This document shows, in pieces, positions 18,926-29,487 of a stretch of DNA of 64,000 nucleotides; within the stretch, counting starts at the first letter, position 1, and every line of letters begins with the position of its first letter. A program made the position numbers and the translations under genes. Origin of the DNA: a virus; IMG/VR virus record IMGVR_UViG_3300010399_000006, positions 8,851-72,850 of that record, one strand, 5' to 3'. Below the pieces are notes generated by a model. It had not been told where the DNA came from. It saw only the letters and a program-made list of their open reading frames with translations, and made no database searches.

Positions 18926-20620
18926 CTATTGCAATGAGATCCAGATTGTGAATGAAACATGGATGTTGTTCGTACCGTTGGGCCAGTTGCCGAGGTTGGC
19001 GTAGAACACTCGTACGTACCCCGTGCCGACCGCTGTTTGAGCGAGACCGGTACCGTATGTGGTAAAGCCGTCCACTGAGTAGGTATAGGGAGTGGAAGCG
19101 ATTACTGCTGCTAGACCGGATGCGGGGATAGCCACGCGGAGTTCACTGGGGGTAGTGGCAGTGGTCGTGGAGTCGAGTTTGACCATTAGGCACATCAGCT
19201 TGGGGCCGATGAGGAAGTAGCGGTAGGTGGTCTGGTCGGCCGATTGGACAGTCCAAGTGCCGGTGCCGGAAGTGAAGTTGCCGGATGCGTATGCTACGTC
19301 AGTGGGGGTGGTGACGAGAGCTGTTTCGGTGGCGAGGGTGCCACCACCAGCGGCGTTCTGATGATTGTGTGTGGAGTTAGTGAATGACGCAATGGTGGGG
19401 GTAACGATCGTCGGCGAGGTGCCGAACACCAGTGCACCAGATCCCGTCTCGTCAGTGACAGCGGCGGCGAGGTTGGCACTCGACGGAGTAGCTAGAAACG
19501 TCGCTACATTCGCGGCCAGTCCACTGACTCCAGTGCTGATCGGCAGTCCGGTGCAGTTGGTGAGAGTGCCTGATGTGGGGGTACCGAGGATTGGAGTAAC
19601 TAGTGTTGGGGAGGTGGCGAAGACGTTAGCGCCAGAGCCGGTTTCGTCAGTCAGTGCGGCGGCGAGATTAGCACTGGAGGGCGTGGCGAGGAAGGTAGCT
19701 ACGTTCGACGCTAGACCACTGACACCGGTACTGATGGGGAGACCAGTACAGTTAGTAAGTACTCCTGCGCTGGGGGTGCCGATGTTGGGGGTTACTAGGA
19801 CTGGACTGGTATCTACGACGAATTTGGTACCGGTGCCTGTTTGAGAGGCAATGGAGGTGGCATTACCTACAGAAGTAATTGGTCCCGTCAAGTTTGCGTT
19901 GGTGACCACTGTCGTTGCTAGGGTGGCCGTCGCTGCGTTGCCGGTCGTGTTAGCGGCGTTGTTCGGGATATCACCATATATTTGTTTGTCAACGATGCAG
20001 CGTCCACCGAGAGTGGACTGTTTGACAATCTGGTTGGCACCACCGGTAGTGGAGAGATCAGCAGCAGTTCCACCGCGAGCCAGGGCGAGCTGGCCGGTAG
20101 CTATTTTCGATGCGTCTAGGAACGGCACATCGGCGGCAGGTATCAGCCCAACAGTAAATACCGCACCGACTCCAGCTTGCTTGACGTACTGACCAGCGCC
20201 GCCAGTGGCTGATAGGTCGGTGCCGGTGCCGCCGAACGCCAATCCGGTGATGCCAGTTCCACTAGTGGGCGATAGACCAGTACGAGATCCTACCGGTATG
20301 GCGTTGTCGTACGCTCTGATTCTGATCTCGCACGGTGCTTGGGCGATCGAGCACCGCACCATCACCACTCCCTGTTGGGTGGAGGTGTTCGGCGTCCAGA
20401 GCTGGCGGTCGCACTCGTAGTAGTAGATGAAACCGCCCGACATGACCGTACCGGCGATGCTGTTCGGGGTGATGCCAGTGGGCAGGGTATGGGGGACGCT
20501 AAACGCCGTACCGGCAGCAGCCGGAGAGTCGATCGCGGTGACCGACTCGTAGGCTAACTGGCCGAGCAGGCGTTGGAGTAGCGATTTGGCCTTCTCCCAA
20601 TCGAAGAAGGTGACACGCAT
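18926..20620 (-). CDS. Tail fibre protein
   Basis: Thr/Gly-rich; tandem ~65-aa repeat (TSP.LVTP..GTP..G.LTNCTGLPISTGVSGLA.NVATFLATPSSANLAAA.TDETGSGA) and duplicated GGT..DLS.TGGA.Q.VKQ. Confidence 0.8.
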   Translation of the reverse strand: MRVTFFDWEKAKSLLQRLLGQLAYESVTAIDSPAAAGTAFSVPHTLPTGITPNSIAGTVMSGGFIYYYECDRQLWTPNTSTQQGVVMVRCSIAQAPCEIRIRAYDNAIPVGSRTGLSPTSGTGITGLAFGGTGTDLSATGGAGQYVKQAGVGAVFTVGLIPAADVPFLDASKIATGQLALARGGTAADLSTTGGANQIVKQSTLGGRCIVDKQIYGDIPNNAANTTGNAATATLATTVVTNANLTGPITSVGNATSIASQTGTGTKFVVDTSPVLVTPNIGTPSAGVLTNCTGLPISTGVSGLASNVATFLATPSSANLAAALTDETGSGANVFATSPTLVTPILGTPTSGTLTNCTGLPISTGVSGLAANVATFLATPSSANLAAAVTDETGSGALVFGTSPTIVTPTIASFTNSTHNHQNAAGGGTLATETALVTTPTDVAYASGNFTSGTGTWTVQSADQTTYRYFLIGPKLMCLMVKLDSTTTATTPSELRVAIPASGLAAVIASTPYTYSVDGFTTYGTGLAQTAVGTGYVRVFYANLGNWPNGTNNIHVSFTIWISLQ

Positions 20621-21160
20621 TTACTTAGCCTTCTTCTTAGCGGGCTTCTTCTTCTTAGGAGTAGATACCGGAACAGGTTCCTCTTCGGCTTCCTCAACTT
20701 CCTCTTCCGGCTCTTCGACTTCTTCGACTTCTTCGACCGGTTCTGGCTCTGACTCTGGCTCTGGCTCTGACTCGGGTTCCACTTCCATCTCGACTGGCAG
20801 ATCGGCCTTCGTGACAGGTACCACTCGTCCTGTCTCAGGTTCCGGTTCAGGTTCTGGCTGGAGATCGGGAATCGGATCTGGTTCTACTGCTGGTCCTACG
20901 TCGATCACCGGATTGGAAGTGTCGTTGGTGGGCATGACGCTAGTAGGTACCGGTGCGGCGGTGGGGTGTTTCTTGAACGCGTTCCGAGCGGCGTTCGACT
21001 GATCTGCTGTCAGGTGGTCGCACGGCTTACCGAATGCCAGATCGCACGCCAGCGGGTGGAACTCCACACCGGCCGTGGCGCAGTACTGTTCCACTGCTTT
21101 GGCGGTGGCGCCGCCTTCGACCATCGCTTCGATCACACGCATCGTCTTCCTGTTCATCAC
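20621..21160 (-). CDS. Hypothetical protein with acidic Pro/Glu tract and basic tail
   Basis: GAGGAGG SD before GTG/ATG at 21160/21157. Confidence 0.7.
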   Translation of the reverse strand: MMNRKTMRVIEAMVEGGATAKAVEQYCATAGVEFHPLACDLAFGKPCDHLTADQSNAARNAFKKHPTAAPVPTSVMPTNDTSNPVIDVGPAVEPDPIPDLQPEPEPEPETGRVVPVTKADLPVEMEVEPESEPEPESEPEPVEEVEEVEEPEEEVEEAEEEPVPVSTPKKKKPAKKKAK

Positions 21161-21167
21161 GTCCTCC

Positions 21168-23300
21168 TCATAGATTGCTGGACACTGCTGTTGGGTTGGA
21201 CCTCTGAATACGCTCACCGAGGATTTGTACGGTAGCACTGGCACCGGAGAAGTTGAAGTACTCCGGTCCAGCCTTACCGGTGTGCTTGATAGCGATAGTC
21301 ATGCGTTCGTCTGATTGCCACAGGTCAACGGTCATCGGTTGGTAATCCCCCGACGCCAGCGGAGCAATCTCGATAGTATTCTCCGCATCCCACGTCGTGC
21401 CACCATCGAACGACACGCGATAAGTAGTCGTAGAGTCTGTTTGGTCTCCGGTGATCTTGTGGTCAATATCGATGGTCTCCACGAGGAAGGTTTGTTTGGG
21501 GTCTTTGGTGATCAGTGGCCGCACCCAGTACTCGGCGGTTACTTCACGTTCGGTACCAGTGATGTTGTCGAGAGTCTGACCGGTGCGGAGTTTGATGATG
21601 TCTTTGGTGTCCTTCAGCGCAGCCCACATCTCCCGCCGAGTCTCGCCTTGCGGCTTCATGTACATCAGGTCGTTGATCTCCAGATCAGCGCCATCCACTC
21701 CGGTGATGGTGATCGGTCCAGTCCACGTCTGCGTGATCAGACTATAGACATACAGTTTCCCCGGCTGTAGGTATACCCATACTTCTTCGTCGTCAACGTT
21801 GATCCGTAACAGTGGGTAAAGACCACCGGAGTTGGCTACCTGGAGTGGTGCCGTAGCTGCCAGTGTGGTGGAGTTGAACAAGGTCTCGCGCATACCGGGA
21901 CCGGCCAGCGGGGTGGGATTGCCGTCGCCGCTCCATTCGTAGACTTCGTTCTCTCCGACAAAGTACAGCCGGTTGCGGAAGTGGTCGATTGCCGTGGTAG
22001 ATATGCAGCCGACGTTCTCCAACAGTCTCAGGAAGACAATTGGTAGATCGGCGTTGTCCTGCTGGCCGAACACCCATATCCCGTTCGACTTGAACGCACA
22101 CAACATTCCGTTGATGGATCTGACAGTTGTAAGCGGTCCTTCGATCTCCCGGCAGTCGTAGTAGGCGTTTGGTCTCCAGTTCGATGGGCTATCGACTTCG
22201 CACCACATCAACCGGGACATATTCATGACCTGATCGCCGAGCGGTTCGGCCGAGTTGCAGTAGGACTTGGTGAATACGAACCGCTCTTGGTAGAACGCTA
22301 GTCCCTTGCCGACACCCGTTTTGTCGCCTACGTCCACTGAGCCGGTGACGGCAGCTACGCTGGCGTTGCCCGGCTTGTACTTGATGTAGGCGGTCACTCC
22401 GGCTGGCAGGAGGAACGACTTGACGAACGTCTGCCACTCCGGGTTGATCGACGACGACGCCACCAGTATGTCCATCGATCCCCACACCGTAGTCCCAGCG
22501 GCGTCTTCCACGGTCACGGTGAACGGCATGCTGGTAGTTGCACTTCGGGCCTTGAACTGTGGGCGAACGGTGACCCAATTGGGCTCGGTGGTGGTAAGTA
22601 CGCTACCGAACGTCTTAGCGGAATCACCAGCGGCGGCGATGGTCAGAGTTCGGACATTACCCGTTACGGCGACGGTGCAGCCGGTGAGGGTCCACTTGGC
22701 AGCATTCTCAAACTGAGTGGCAACGTCTGTACCGTTCAGCAGATTGTTGAACCCACGAGCCTCAGCTATACCGGCTAGGAAGAGGCGGTGGTTGTAGCTA
22801 GTGATCGAGTTACCACTGAATCCGGACAGGACTCCAGCGCTGATCGTACCGAAGGCATTGGTATCGACCGTGGTGCCGTCGTACGACACCCCAGTGTCGT
22901 ATAGGTTGGGGTGCTGGAGCATATACACCTTACCCAGAAATCCCACACTGTCAACCGCGTAGAAGTTGAGAGATCCTATATCAGAGTACGTACCGTCCGT
23001 AGCTCTCAAAGACATATATCCGCCAGTCGTGTTGGACGACGGAGAGGCAATGAGCTTGTCAGTACCGGAAAGAACGTCAGCAGCCGTGTAGTGGATCAGT
23101 CGTCCGGTCTGCGCGGATGGTTGGTCCGAGTCTCGCATCCAACCAGATCGCATCTCAACGCGCGGTCCCGATCGAATAAAGACATTCTTAGCCATCGGCG
23201 TGGCTCCCGGTGGGATCTTCGCCAGATCACCTGCCGTGAACAGACCCGCACCAATCGAAATTGGTAGCGCCTGACGGTTGGACTTGTATTTAGCTGCCAT
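21168..23300 (-). CDS. Tail nozzle / tubular protein B-like (P22 gp10/T7 gp12 class)
   Basis: 710 aa, beta-rich, VGCIS..AI....RLYFVGENEVY; follows the adaptor gene. Confidence 0.7.
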   Translation of the reverse strand: MAAKYKSNRQALPISIGAGLFTAGDLAKIPPGATPMAKNVFIRSGPRVEMRSGWMRDSDQPSAQTGRLIHYTAADVLSGTDKLIASPSSNTTGGYMSLRATDGTYSDIGSLNFYAVDSVGFLGKVYMLQHPNLYDTGVSYDGTTVDTNAFGTISAGVLSGFSGNSITSYNHRLFLAGIAEARGFNNLLNGTDVATQFENAAKWTLTGCTVAVTGNVRTLTIAAAGDSAKTFGSVLTTTEPNWVTVRPQFKARSATTSMPFTVTVEDAAGTTVWGSMDILVASSSINPEWQTFVKSFLLPAGVTAYIKYKPGNASVAAVTGSVDVGDKTGVGKGLAFYQERFVFTKSYCNSAEPLGDQVMNMSRLMWCEVDSPSNWRPNAYYDCREIEGPLTTVRSINGMLCAFKSNGIWVFGQQDNADLPIVFLRLLENVGCISTTAIDHFRNRLYFVGENEVYEWSGDGNPTPLAGPGMRETLFNSTTLAATAPLQVANSGGLYPLLRINVDDEEVWVYLQPGKLYVYSLITQTWTGPITITGVDGADLEINDLMYMKPQGETRREMWAALKDTKDIIKLRTGQTLDNITGTEREVTAEYWVRPLITKDPKQTFLVETIDIDHKITGDQTDSTTTYRVSFDGGTTWDAENTIEIAPLASGDYQPMTVDLWQSDERMTIAIKHTGKAGPEYFNFSGASATVQILGERIQRSNPTAVSSNL

Positions 23301-23361
23301 AATTACGGGAATCTACCGTACGATGGTTTCACACTTCACTTCGCAAAACAGGAGACTGCAA

Positions 23362-23694
23362 ATGAAGAGAATTTCTCTGACTATGGTCGTACTCTTTGCC
23401 CTGGCTACCAGTGCCGTACCTGACTGCTTCCAGATCTGCTACCAGGAAGGCTATTGCGTGTGGATCTGCGACGGCCGGGACTACAACCAGGAACTCACCG
23501 AAGTCCCTAACTGGTGCGTGTATGACTCCGGCGATCGGGTGTTCGTTCATTCGTCTGGGCCGTTCCAACCGGACAAGTGGTACGTGGTGCATTACGACGA
23601 TCCAGACCAGAACGCTAAGGCGTATCAGTACTCTCTCAACGGATGGTCCGTAGACTGGTACGTTGGCGGGTGCTACATCTTCAACTTGTCGTAG
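23362..23694 (+). CDS. Secreted Cys-rich protein, antisense to the tail operon
   Basis: AGGAG SD; MKRISLTMVVLFALATSA signal peptide; 6 Cys; fills the gap between two - strand genes. Confidence 0.75.
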   Translation: MKRISLTMVVLFALATSAVPDCFQICYQEGYCVWICDGRDYNQELTEVPNWCVYDSGDRVFVHSSGPFQPDKWYVVHYDDPDQNAKAYQYSLNGWSVDWYVGGCYIFNLS

Positions 23695-23710
23695 ACCACT
23701 GACATCAGAG

Positions 23711-24433
23711 CTAGTTACCACCGTACACCCCAACTCTATCAATAAGTCCTTCCACATCTATGTGCTGCGACTGCGCCGCATCTTCCACAGCACCGATGTT
23801 GAGGGACAGATCCAACTTAACCTTTACCTCAGCGTCCCACGCCGCCATCTTGTCCAACCACCCCTTGGATCTAGCACCGATCGCCGCTGCTAGGAGCACG
23901 GCGGTGTCGTGCCACAAATCAGACATCACTGGAGCGTCGTCATCGGCACTCATCGACGGCTCTCGCTGGATACCGTGGTAGAGCAGTAGAGTTCGGTAAT
24001 CAGTTGGAGTTACTGATGGCGTTGGGTAGTAGTAGATACTGTGGCCGCGCATCGTCCATAGCGTGGGAAAGCCTTTGCGAGTTGCTGGTTTGGCGACGGT
24101 ATCGAACTTCTCCGGACGGAAGTAGCTCATCGGTTGAGCGCGGTCGAAGTTGTGATTGGGGGACTGTTTGTTGTACGTACCTACCGATGTAATTAGCAGC
24201 TTGTCGCCGGGCATCGCTTGGTTGTTGATGCCGTCGATGGTCAACTCAGAATCCCATGAGCATCGGAGTTCGGGGAAGAGGTCGATGCCGCGCTCCAATC
24301 CCTTGATGCCCATCAGTACCACGTCGTTGAGCCCACGGTTGACCCACGACTGGACATCGGCATAGAACGGATCAGAGGTACGCATGTTGACTAGCATGCG
24401 CATCACTTCTGATTTCATTTCGAGGTTGTTCAT
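23711..24433 (-). CDS. Head-tail adaptor / tubular protein A-like
   Basis: 240 aa; WVNRGL, G.P......SIYYYPTP, WHD..VL.AA pattern seen in podoviral adaptors. Confidence 0.7.
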   Translation of the reverse strand: MNNLEMKSEVMRMLVNMRTSDPFYADVQSWVNRGLNDVVLMGIKGLERGIDLFPELRCSWDSELTIDGINNQAMPGDKLLITSVGTYNKQSPNHNFDRAQPMSYFRPEKFDTVAKPATRKGFPTLWTMRGHSIYYYPTPSVTPTDYRTLLLYHGIQREPSMSADDDAPVMSDLWHDTAVLLAAAIGARSKGWLDKMAAWDAEVKVKLDLSLNIGAVEDAAQSQHIDVEGLIDRVGVYGGN

Positions 24434-24490
24434 CTTGTTTTAGTTTTCGTACGGAAGTTGAAACTAGTTAGTGTTCGAGCTGGTCTTGTT

Positions 24491-26335
24491 TTAGTTAACG
24501 CTGACTCCGGGGGTCTTGACGTTCACCACTTCGATCAGCGCTACGGCATCGTGATTTGTGCTGGCCCCGGCTGAGCGGACGATCTTGCAGTCGATAGTGA
24601 ATGTGTTGACCGCCGTGATACCACCACTGACTGCTGATGCTGTGAGTTGAACGTCGCAATTGGCAGTAGCACCAGCGGTAGCAGAGGCGACGGCTTCGGA
24701 TGAAGCAACCATTTTGGCGTTAGCTCCGGCGATGCGGCTAACAGCGAAACTGTACGTAGCAGATTGAGTGGAATCCTGATCTCCGAGAGCACCGATGAGT
24801 CGAATGAAGATACCAGCGGCGTGGTTGGCATTGGGGACGGTGACTGTAACGAGGGTGGTAGTGGTGTTGTCGGCGACGTTGAACAGGAACCTGTTCATTC
24901 GTTGGCTGCTATACGAACCGATTGTGGTTGACCACGTTTCACTGGTACTTACCGGCATGTTGCCACTGGAGGTCCAACGCGTACCCCGCTGGTCGGTCTG
25001 GATCAGGCTGTTCCAGTTGACCGTGGAGGATGGATTGAGCCAACAGTTGCGAACAGTGAGATCTATGCATCCATCGGCGTTTATAGCTTCAGAGGTACCA
25101 GTGTAGATACAGCTCTCAACCAGGGCACGGTCGAGACCACGAAGGTAGAAGCCCTTATTGGTGGTGAGTAGTCCTCCGGTAACCTTTTTAATGGTGACAC
25201 CGCGTTGGACGGATGCGTCGCGAGCGATGTAGACATGGTAGCCAGCGGCAGTGGCACCCTCCCACCGGATGCCGGATATGTCTACCCCGTCACCGGTAAC
25301 CGAGGAGGCGCCAACACCGGTGTCGTTCCAGTAGAAACCAGCGGTGCCGCCGACGAAGGCGTTCCGGCCATCCATCGTGAAATTGGTGACGTTGACACCC
25401 TTGACGATTTGGAACGCGGGGTTGCCGGTGGGGAGAAGGTCCAAGTCGTGGAAGTGGGCGTGATCGTTGTCGATCGTCAGGTTCGGGTCGTCGTTGCAGA
25501 TGATCGGGATATTGGCGGCGATCAGCGAGGTACCGCAATCGAGCAGTTCTCGCCCACGGTAGTCAATACCGATGGACGCACTGGTAGCGTCGTAACAGCC
25601 GTTGATATGGCAACGGGTGAATGAGAACGTCGATGAATCGACGATCTTCACCATCGTTTTTACGTACGTAGTGTCGGCGGAACGGAACTCCAAGTCGCGG
25701 ATAGCGCAGTAGTTGATGGAGATCGCGGTGGACATCTGGAACGTCAGGAACGTCTTGTTGGTGGCGGTGGGTTCGAAGCGGAGTTTCGACGCGGAGCGGC
25801 CATCGCCCAGGAAGGTCATGCCGTGGAAAGCGACGACGGATTCTCCGGTGAACTTGTATACACCGGCCGGGAAGTAGATCACCGCTCCGGTGGTGGGTAG
25901 ACCTGGAGTTTTGGCGTTGTAGACGGCGAGGATAGCGTTGAGCGCGGCGGTATTGTCAGTGGAGTTGTCGCCGATCAAACCGTGGGCGAGGACGTTGACG
26001 AAAGTGGGTTGCAGATCGGAGGATTGGATTCTCCAGTATGTCTGGTCCCACAGGAGGGTGATGACGCCGTTCTCCGGTACGTCCGGTGGGAGTGGGCCGA
26101 CGATGTTGCCACCAGAGCCGAAGAGCCACGTCGAGCCTGATTTCTTGATCAGATATGAGACGTTGGAGTTGTGGGCGTAGCCGCCGTTGATGGTCGTGAT
26201 GGTCGCTGAGCCGGAGACGACGTGTACAGCGTCGGTAAGAGTGATAGAGGTGGCGGCAGTGAGTTCTGCACCCAGTCCACCGGAGAAGACGTAACCAGCG
26301 GGGGCATATGCACTGTTGTTGTTGTTGGTCGGCAT
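24491..26335 (-). CDS. Tailspike with pectate-lyase-like beta-helix
   Basis: FVNVLAHGLIGDNSTDNTAALNA...VIYFPAGVYK...FLGDG motif. Confidence 0.85.
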   Translation of the reverse strand: MPTNNNNSAYAPAGYVFSGGLGAELTAATSITLTDAVHVVSGSATITTINGGYAHNSNVSYLIKKSGSTWLFGSGGNIVGPLPPDVPENGVITLLWDQTYWRIQSSDLQPTFVNVLAHGLIGDNSTDNTAALNAILAVYNAKTPGLPTTGAVIYFPAGVYKFTGESVVAFHGMTFLGDGRSASKLRFEPTATNKTFLTFQMSTAISINYCAIRDLEFRSADTTYVKTMVKIVDSSTFSFTRCHINGCYDATSASIGIDYRGRELLDCGTSLIAANIPIICNDDPNLTIDNDHAHFHDLDLLPTGNPAFQIVKGVNVTNFTMDGRNAFVGGTAGFYWNDTGVGASSVTGDGVDISGIRWEGATAAGYHVYIARDASVQRGVTIKKVTGGLLTTNKGFYLRGLDRALVESCIYTGTSEAINADGCIDLTVRNCWLNPSSTVNWNSLIQTDQRGTRWTSSGNMPVSTSETWSTTIGSYSSQRMNRFLFNVADNTTTTLVTVTVPNANHAAGIFIRLIGALGDQDSTQSATYSFAVSRIAGANAKMVASSEAVASATAGATANCDVQLTASAVSGGITAVNTFTIDCKIVRSAGASTNHDAVALIEVVNVKTPGVSVN

Positions 26336-26370
26336 CTTCCGCTTTCTGTTTGACGGTTACAGTTCGCTGA

Positions 26371-26985
26371 TTACGGTAGAGTTAGCGTTTCGATGTGAAT
26401 CGATCCGGTGCTGCCAGTGGTCTGATCCAAGTTGGCAACGGTGGCGATCAGATGTGCTTTGACGGCCGTGGTCGCTGTGTACGACGGTAGATCGTACCCA
26501 GTCAGATTGGCCCCCAGGTCACCTACAACCGCTCCATAGATGGTATTCACTGCTGCCTTGATGGAGACGGCAATGATGTAGTCGATGTAGAGGGCAGAGG
26601 TGCGACCGATTGCCATGGTAAGGGTAGTCGGCCCAGCAGCCTGTCCGGTAATTACCGACCACACCCGTTTGACTACCGTCTTAGCTGGCAGGGTACAGAT
26701 CGTGATATCGCCGGTCAGATTGGCGCCCAATGCCACAACCATGGCGTTGGTCCAATCGAATCTGTGAACGACGGACTGTGCCAGTGAATTGGCGGAGTAC
26801 GTCATGGTCCCAGGCGTAAGGGCTCCGGTAGACAGAGATAGGGATGTAGCTGAAGCCACTCCTAGAGTTGGAGTGGTCATCGTCGGACTGGTGATGGTTG
26901 GAGTGGTAATCGTCGGCGACGTGGCACGGACAAGACTGTCCGTACCGGTGGTGGAGCCGACGATGCCGTGTGAGAGGTCGCTCAT
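26371..26985 (-). CDS. Virion structural protein (fibre-like N-terminus)
   Basis: TSPTITTPTI repeat shared with the fibre gene; in structural operon. Confidence 0.6.
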   Translation of the reverse strand: MSDLSHGIVGSTTGTDSLVRATSPTITTPTITSPTMTTPTLGVASATSLSLSTGALTPGTMTYSANSLAQSVVHRFDWTNAMVVALGANLTGDITICTLPAKTVVKRVWSVITGQAAGPTTLTMAIGRTSALYIDYIIAVSIKAAVNTIYGAVVGDLGANLTGYDLPSYTATTAVKAHLIATVANLDQTTGSTGSIHIETLTLP

Positions 26986-26995
26986 GGTGGGTGAC

Positions 26996-27313
26996 CTACA
27001 CTGTTACTGGCGAGATGGCGATCTTCGCGCCGGAGGTATCACTGTCCCACCACACGTTGGGCAGGTAGACAGAATTACCTTCTGGATTACCGGCGATCGT
27101 GAATGAGCGGTCAGTGGAGTTGAGCGTTACGTCGTAGACGGTGGAGGAGACGGAGTTGGCCTTGCCGAGCGGCTTGGGCAGGCCGATGTAGATGTTGGTG
27201 CCGCTGATCCACTCGATGGTGCAGCGCTGGCAGGCGAACTCGGTTGGGAGGTTGGTCAGCGGAGTGACGAACGCCTGCCGGGTACCAGCAGCAGTGAGGG
27301 TTAGGACTGGCAT
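26996..27313 (-). CDS. Small structural protein
   Basis: GGAGG SD; beta-rich. Confidence 0.6.
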   Translation of the reverse strand: MPVLTLTAAGTRQAFVTPLTNLPTEFACQRCTIEWISGTNIYIGLPKPLGKANSVSSTVYDVTLNSTDRSFTIAGNPEGNSVYLPNVWWDSDTSGAKIAISPVTV

Positions 27314-27334
27314 CGTATGGCCTCCAGTATCGAG

Positions 27335-27910
27335 TTAGGTGACGCGAAAGGCGTCTGGGAAGCGGGCACCGTTGAAGTAGAAGATGTAGTTGCCAGTTGG
27401 AACTAGACCGGACGCCGCAACAGTGAGAGTCCATGAGAGCTGATCGGTGGAGATCGTACCGGCGCTGAACGTGATACCGGAATGGGAACTGGTGACTACG
27501 TCAGAGGTGGAGAATCCGACACCGGTTAGAGCGAGAGACACTGATGGGCCTCCGGAGACTAGTTGGATCTGTACTGGGTAGATGGTCGAACCGGACGCTA
27601 GTTTGGTACATACCGATACGCCATCCATCAAGCTGTAGAGATTGCCCCTGCCGAGGCGTTCGGTGTTGCGTTCTATGTTGTCGGTAGTGAGTCGGGTGGC
27701 TTCCAGTTGAGCTTCTGCTGCGAGGCGTTCGCGTTCACTAAGCGGCGTGTCGTGTGCGCAGTTCGGCTTGCAGACTTTGTGGCCGTCTTCGATGACCAGT
27801 AGGTCGAACGGGTACCGCCCTTCGCAGGACTCGCAGCGAAAGTCAAGTAGTTGACCATCTGCTAGACGGTCATCGTCGAAGACGTTCGGCGAGATGGATG
27901 GGTGGCTCAT
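27335..27910 (-). CDS. Zn-finger plus Ig-like structural protein
   Basis: CESC...CKPNC; C-terminal beta strands (LTGVGF...GITF...PTGNY). Confidence 0.6.
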   Translation of the reverse strand: MSHPSISPNVFDDDRLADGQLLDFRCESCEGRYPFDLLVIEDGHKVCKPNCAHDTPLSERERLAAEAQLEATRLTTDNIERNTERLGRGNLYSLMDGVSVCTKLASGSTIYPVQIQLVSGGPSVSLALTGVGFSTSDVVTSSHSGITFSAGTISTDQLSWTLTVAASGLVPTGNYIFYFNGARFPDAFRVT

Positions 27911-27969
27911 TTGATTGTTTAAACGCCGTTATCGTGATTGGTCAACTAGTAGACTAATTCAGAACCTAA

Positions 27970-28001
27970 TGGGGTAGGGACTCTGCGCCATCCCCACCCC
28001 A
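27970..28001 (-). terminator. Hairpin after the major capsid gene
   Basis: TGGGGTGGGGA/TCCCTACCCCA stem; weak U tract. Confidence 0.5.
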
Positions 28002-28029
28002 CGCTAAGTACTCCCCCAGCACACCCGAA

Positions 28030-29019
28030 CTACACTCCGGCGCAGCGGACGATGTGACGGAACGACAGGAAGTCGATGCCGTGGATGGTGGTGCATTTGA
28101 AGATCACCCCACCGGTCGCGATGTCTTTCTCCTTCTGGAACGTCGGAGGGAGGAATTCGAACTGGTACAGCGGGTGATTCTTGCGGTCCATGATCATCCA
28201 CGACGTGTCGGTGTCGGCGAGGTAGTCGTTGATGAGGTACGAGTAGCGGCGCTTCTCAGCGTCCTTCGGGCCAGATGCCACCAGCGGGTTGATGTTGTTG
28301 TTGAACGTGTCAACCTGCTTGTCGGTGCCGAAGATCTCCGCCAGTCTCCACTCCCACCACTTACCAGCGACAACGAGGATGTCGTTGGCGGGCGGCTGAG
28401 GGCGTCCCTCGTCGTTCTTCATGTTGCGCAGCATCGTCACGCCCTCTTGGATGGCAAGTTGGCTGATGGGCTGCGAACCCTGAATGTTGGAAATGGTCAC
28501 GACGGGGGTTTTGATCGACGTGTGTGATGCTGAGAAGAGAGCCAGTCCGTCGCGACCGGTGCCATTCCACGGGCCGTTCTGCGCGGTGGACGTACCAGCG
28601 GTCTGCGGCAGGGTGCAGATGACTTCTTTGGTCCACTGCCACGTGTCCTTGAACTCCTGGTTGATGTCCTCGAACATCTTCACCTTGTCCTCGTACACGC
28701 GCTTGTTCCGCGCCATGTACCAGAGGAGTTCTTCGCCGACGATCACGCCGTTGGTGAACTTGTACCAACTGGACGTACGGTCCTGGCCGGGCTCGAAAGC
28801 GTCCTTTTTGAACTGGCCGAACTCCGGAGTCTGCTGGAAGGGGCCGAGTCCAACAGTGGTCGTAGAGCGGTAGTCCTGACCGCGACTCGTATCACCGTCG
28901 TGGGTGAACTTGCCGCAAATGTCAGGGAGCAGTGTTTTGGTGTCGCGGAAGTTGAGATCCTGAACTCGCGACAACAGGTTTGCGAACTGAGCGAGTTGGT
29001 TAGGTGCGCTGACTGCCAT
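28030..29019 (-). CDS. Major capsid protein (HK97 fold, Mu gpT-like)
   Basis: 329 aa, GAGGAGG SD, biased codons, GRDGLALFSASH, NNINPL, YL.D...W; follows portal and scaffold. Confidence 0.85.
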   Translation of the reverse strand: MAVSAPNQLAQFANLLSRVQDLNFRDTKTLLPDICGKFTHDGDTSRGQDYRSTTTVGLGPFQQTPEFGQFKKDAFEPGQDRTSSWYKFTNGVIVGEELLWYMARNKRVYEDKVKMFEDINQEFKDTWQWTKEVICTLPQTAGTSTAQNGPWNGTGRDGLALFSASHTSIKTPVVTISNIQGSQPISQLAIQEGVTMLRNMKNDEGRPQPPANDILVVAGKWWEWRLAEIFGTDKQVDTFNNNINPLVASGPKDAEKRRYSYLINDYLADTDTSWMIMDRKNHPLYQFEFLPPTFQKEKDIATGGVIFKCTTIHGIDFLSFRHIVRCAGV

Positions 29020-29031
29020 GTCGTCCTCCTC

Positions 29032-29487
29032 TTAGAAGCCTTCGACGTTCGCAGAATCGAACGTGAAGAGCACTCGCGGGTTGGTGTCAGAAAGGGTGGA
29101 CCCCGGAGCGAGGGCGACGACCTGTGCGGTGTCTTCGGTCTGCGCCGTGTCGAGATACCAGAACTTGGTGGTGGAGTCGCGAGTGAAGCCGACGTTCGCG
29201 TAGAAGTCAGTCTGCGCGATGGTGCCAATCCACGTAGCTTCGTAGAGTCGTCCCGGCTTGATGGGCCAGTACTCTACGGGCGCGCTGGTAGTACCACTGG
29301 CGGCTTTCTTTGCGATGCCTCGGAGTGCGGTGGGATCGGCGGATGCCTCGGCGAGCTTGCCGGAGGCGTTGACCAGAAGCGCTCCCTCAACCCACGCTTC
29401 GGTAGCGTCTTCGACACCCATCTGGGTGCCTTCGCGGATCAGTTCGAGATCCCAGAGTGCGATAGGACCGATGTTGAATGTAGTCAT
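29032..29487 (-). CDS. Capsid decoration/cement protein
   Basis: 151 aa, directly upstream of the major capsid gene. Confidence 0.6.
   Translation of the reverse strand: MTTFNIGPIALWDLELIREGTQMGVEDATEAWVEGALLVNASGKLAEASADPTALRGIAKKAASGTTSAPVEYWPIKPGRLYEATWIGTIAQTDFYANVGFTRDSTTKFWYLDTAQTEDTAQVVALAPGSTLSDTNPRVLFTFDSANVEGF

Noticed and set aside
19400-19815. Fibre repeat as a DGR template/variable pair
   Set aside because: In-frame tandem repeat with mostly synonymous differences, not adenine-specific; no reverse transcriptase in the window.
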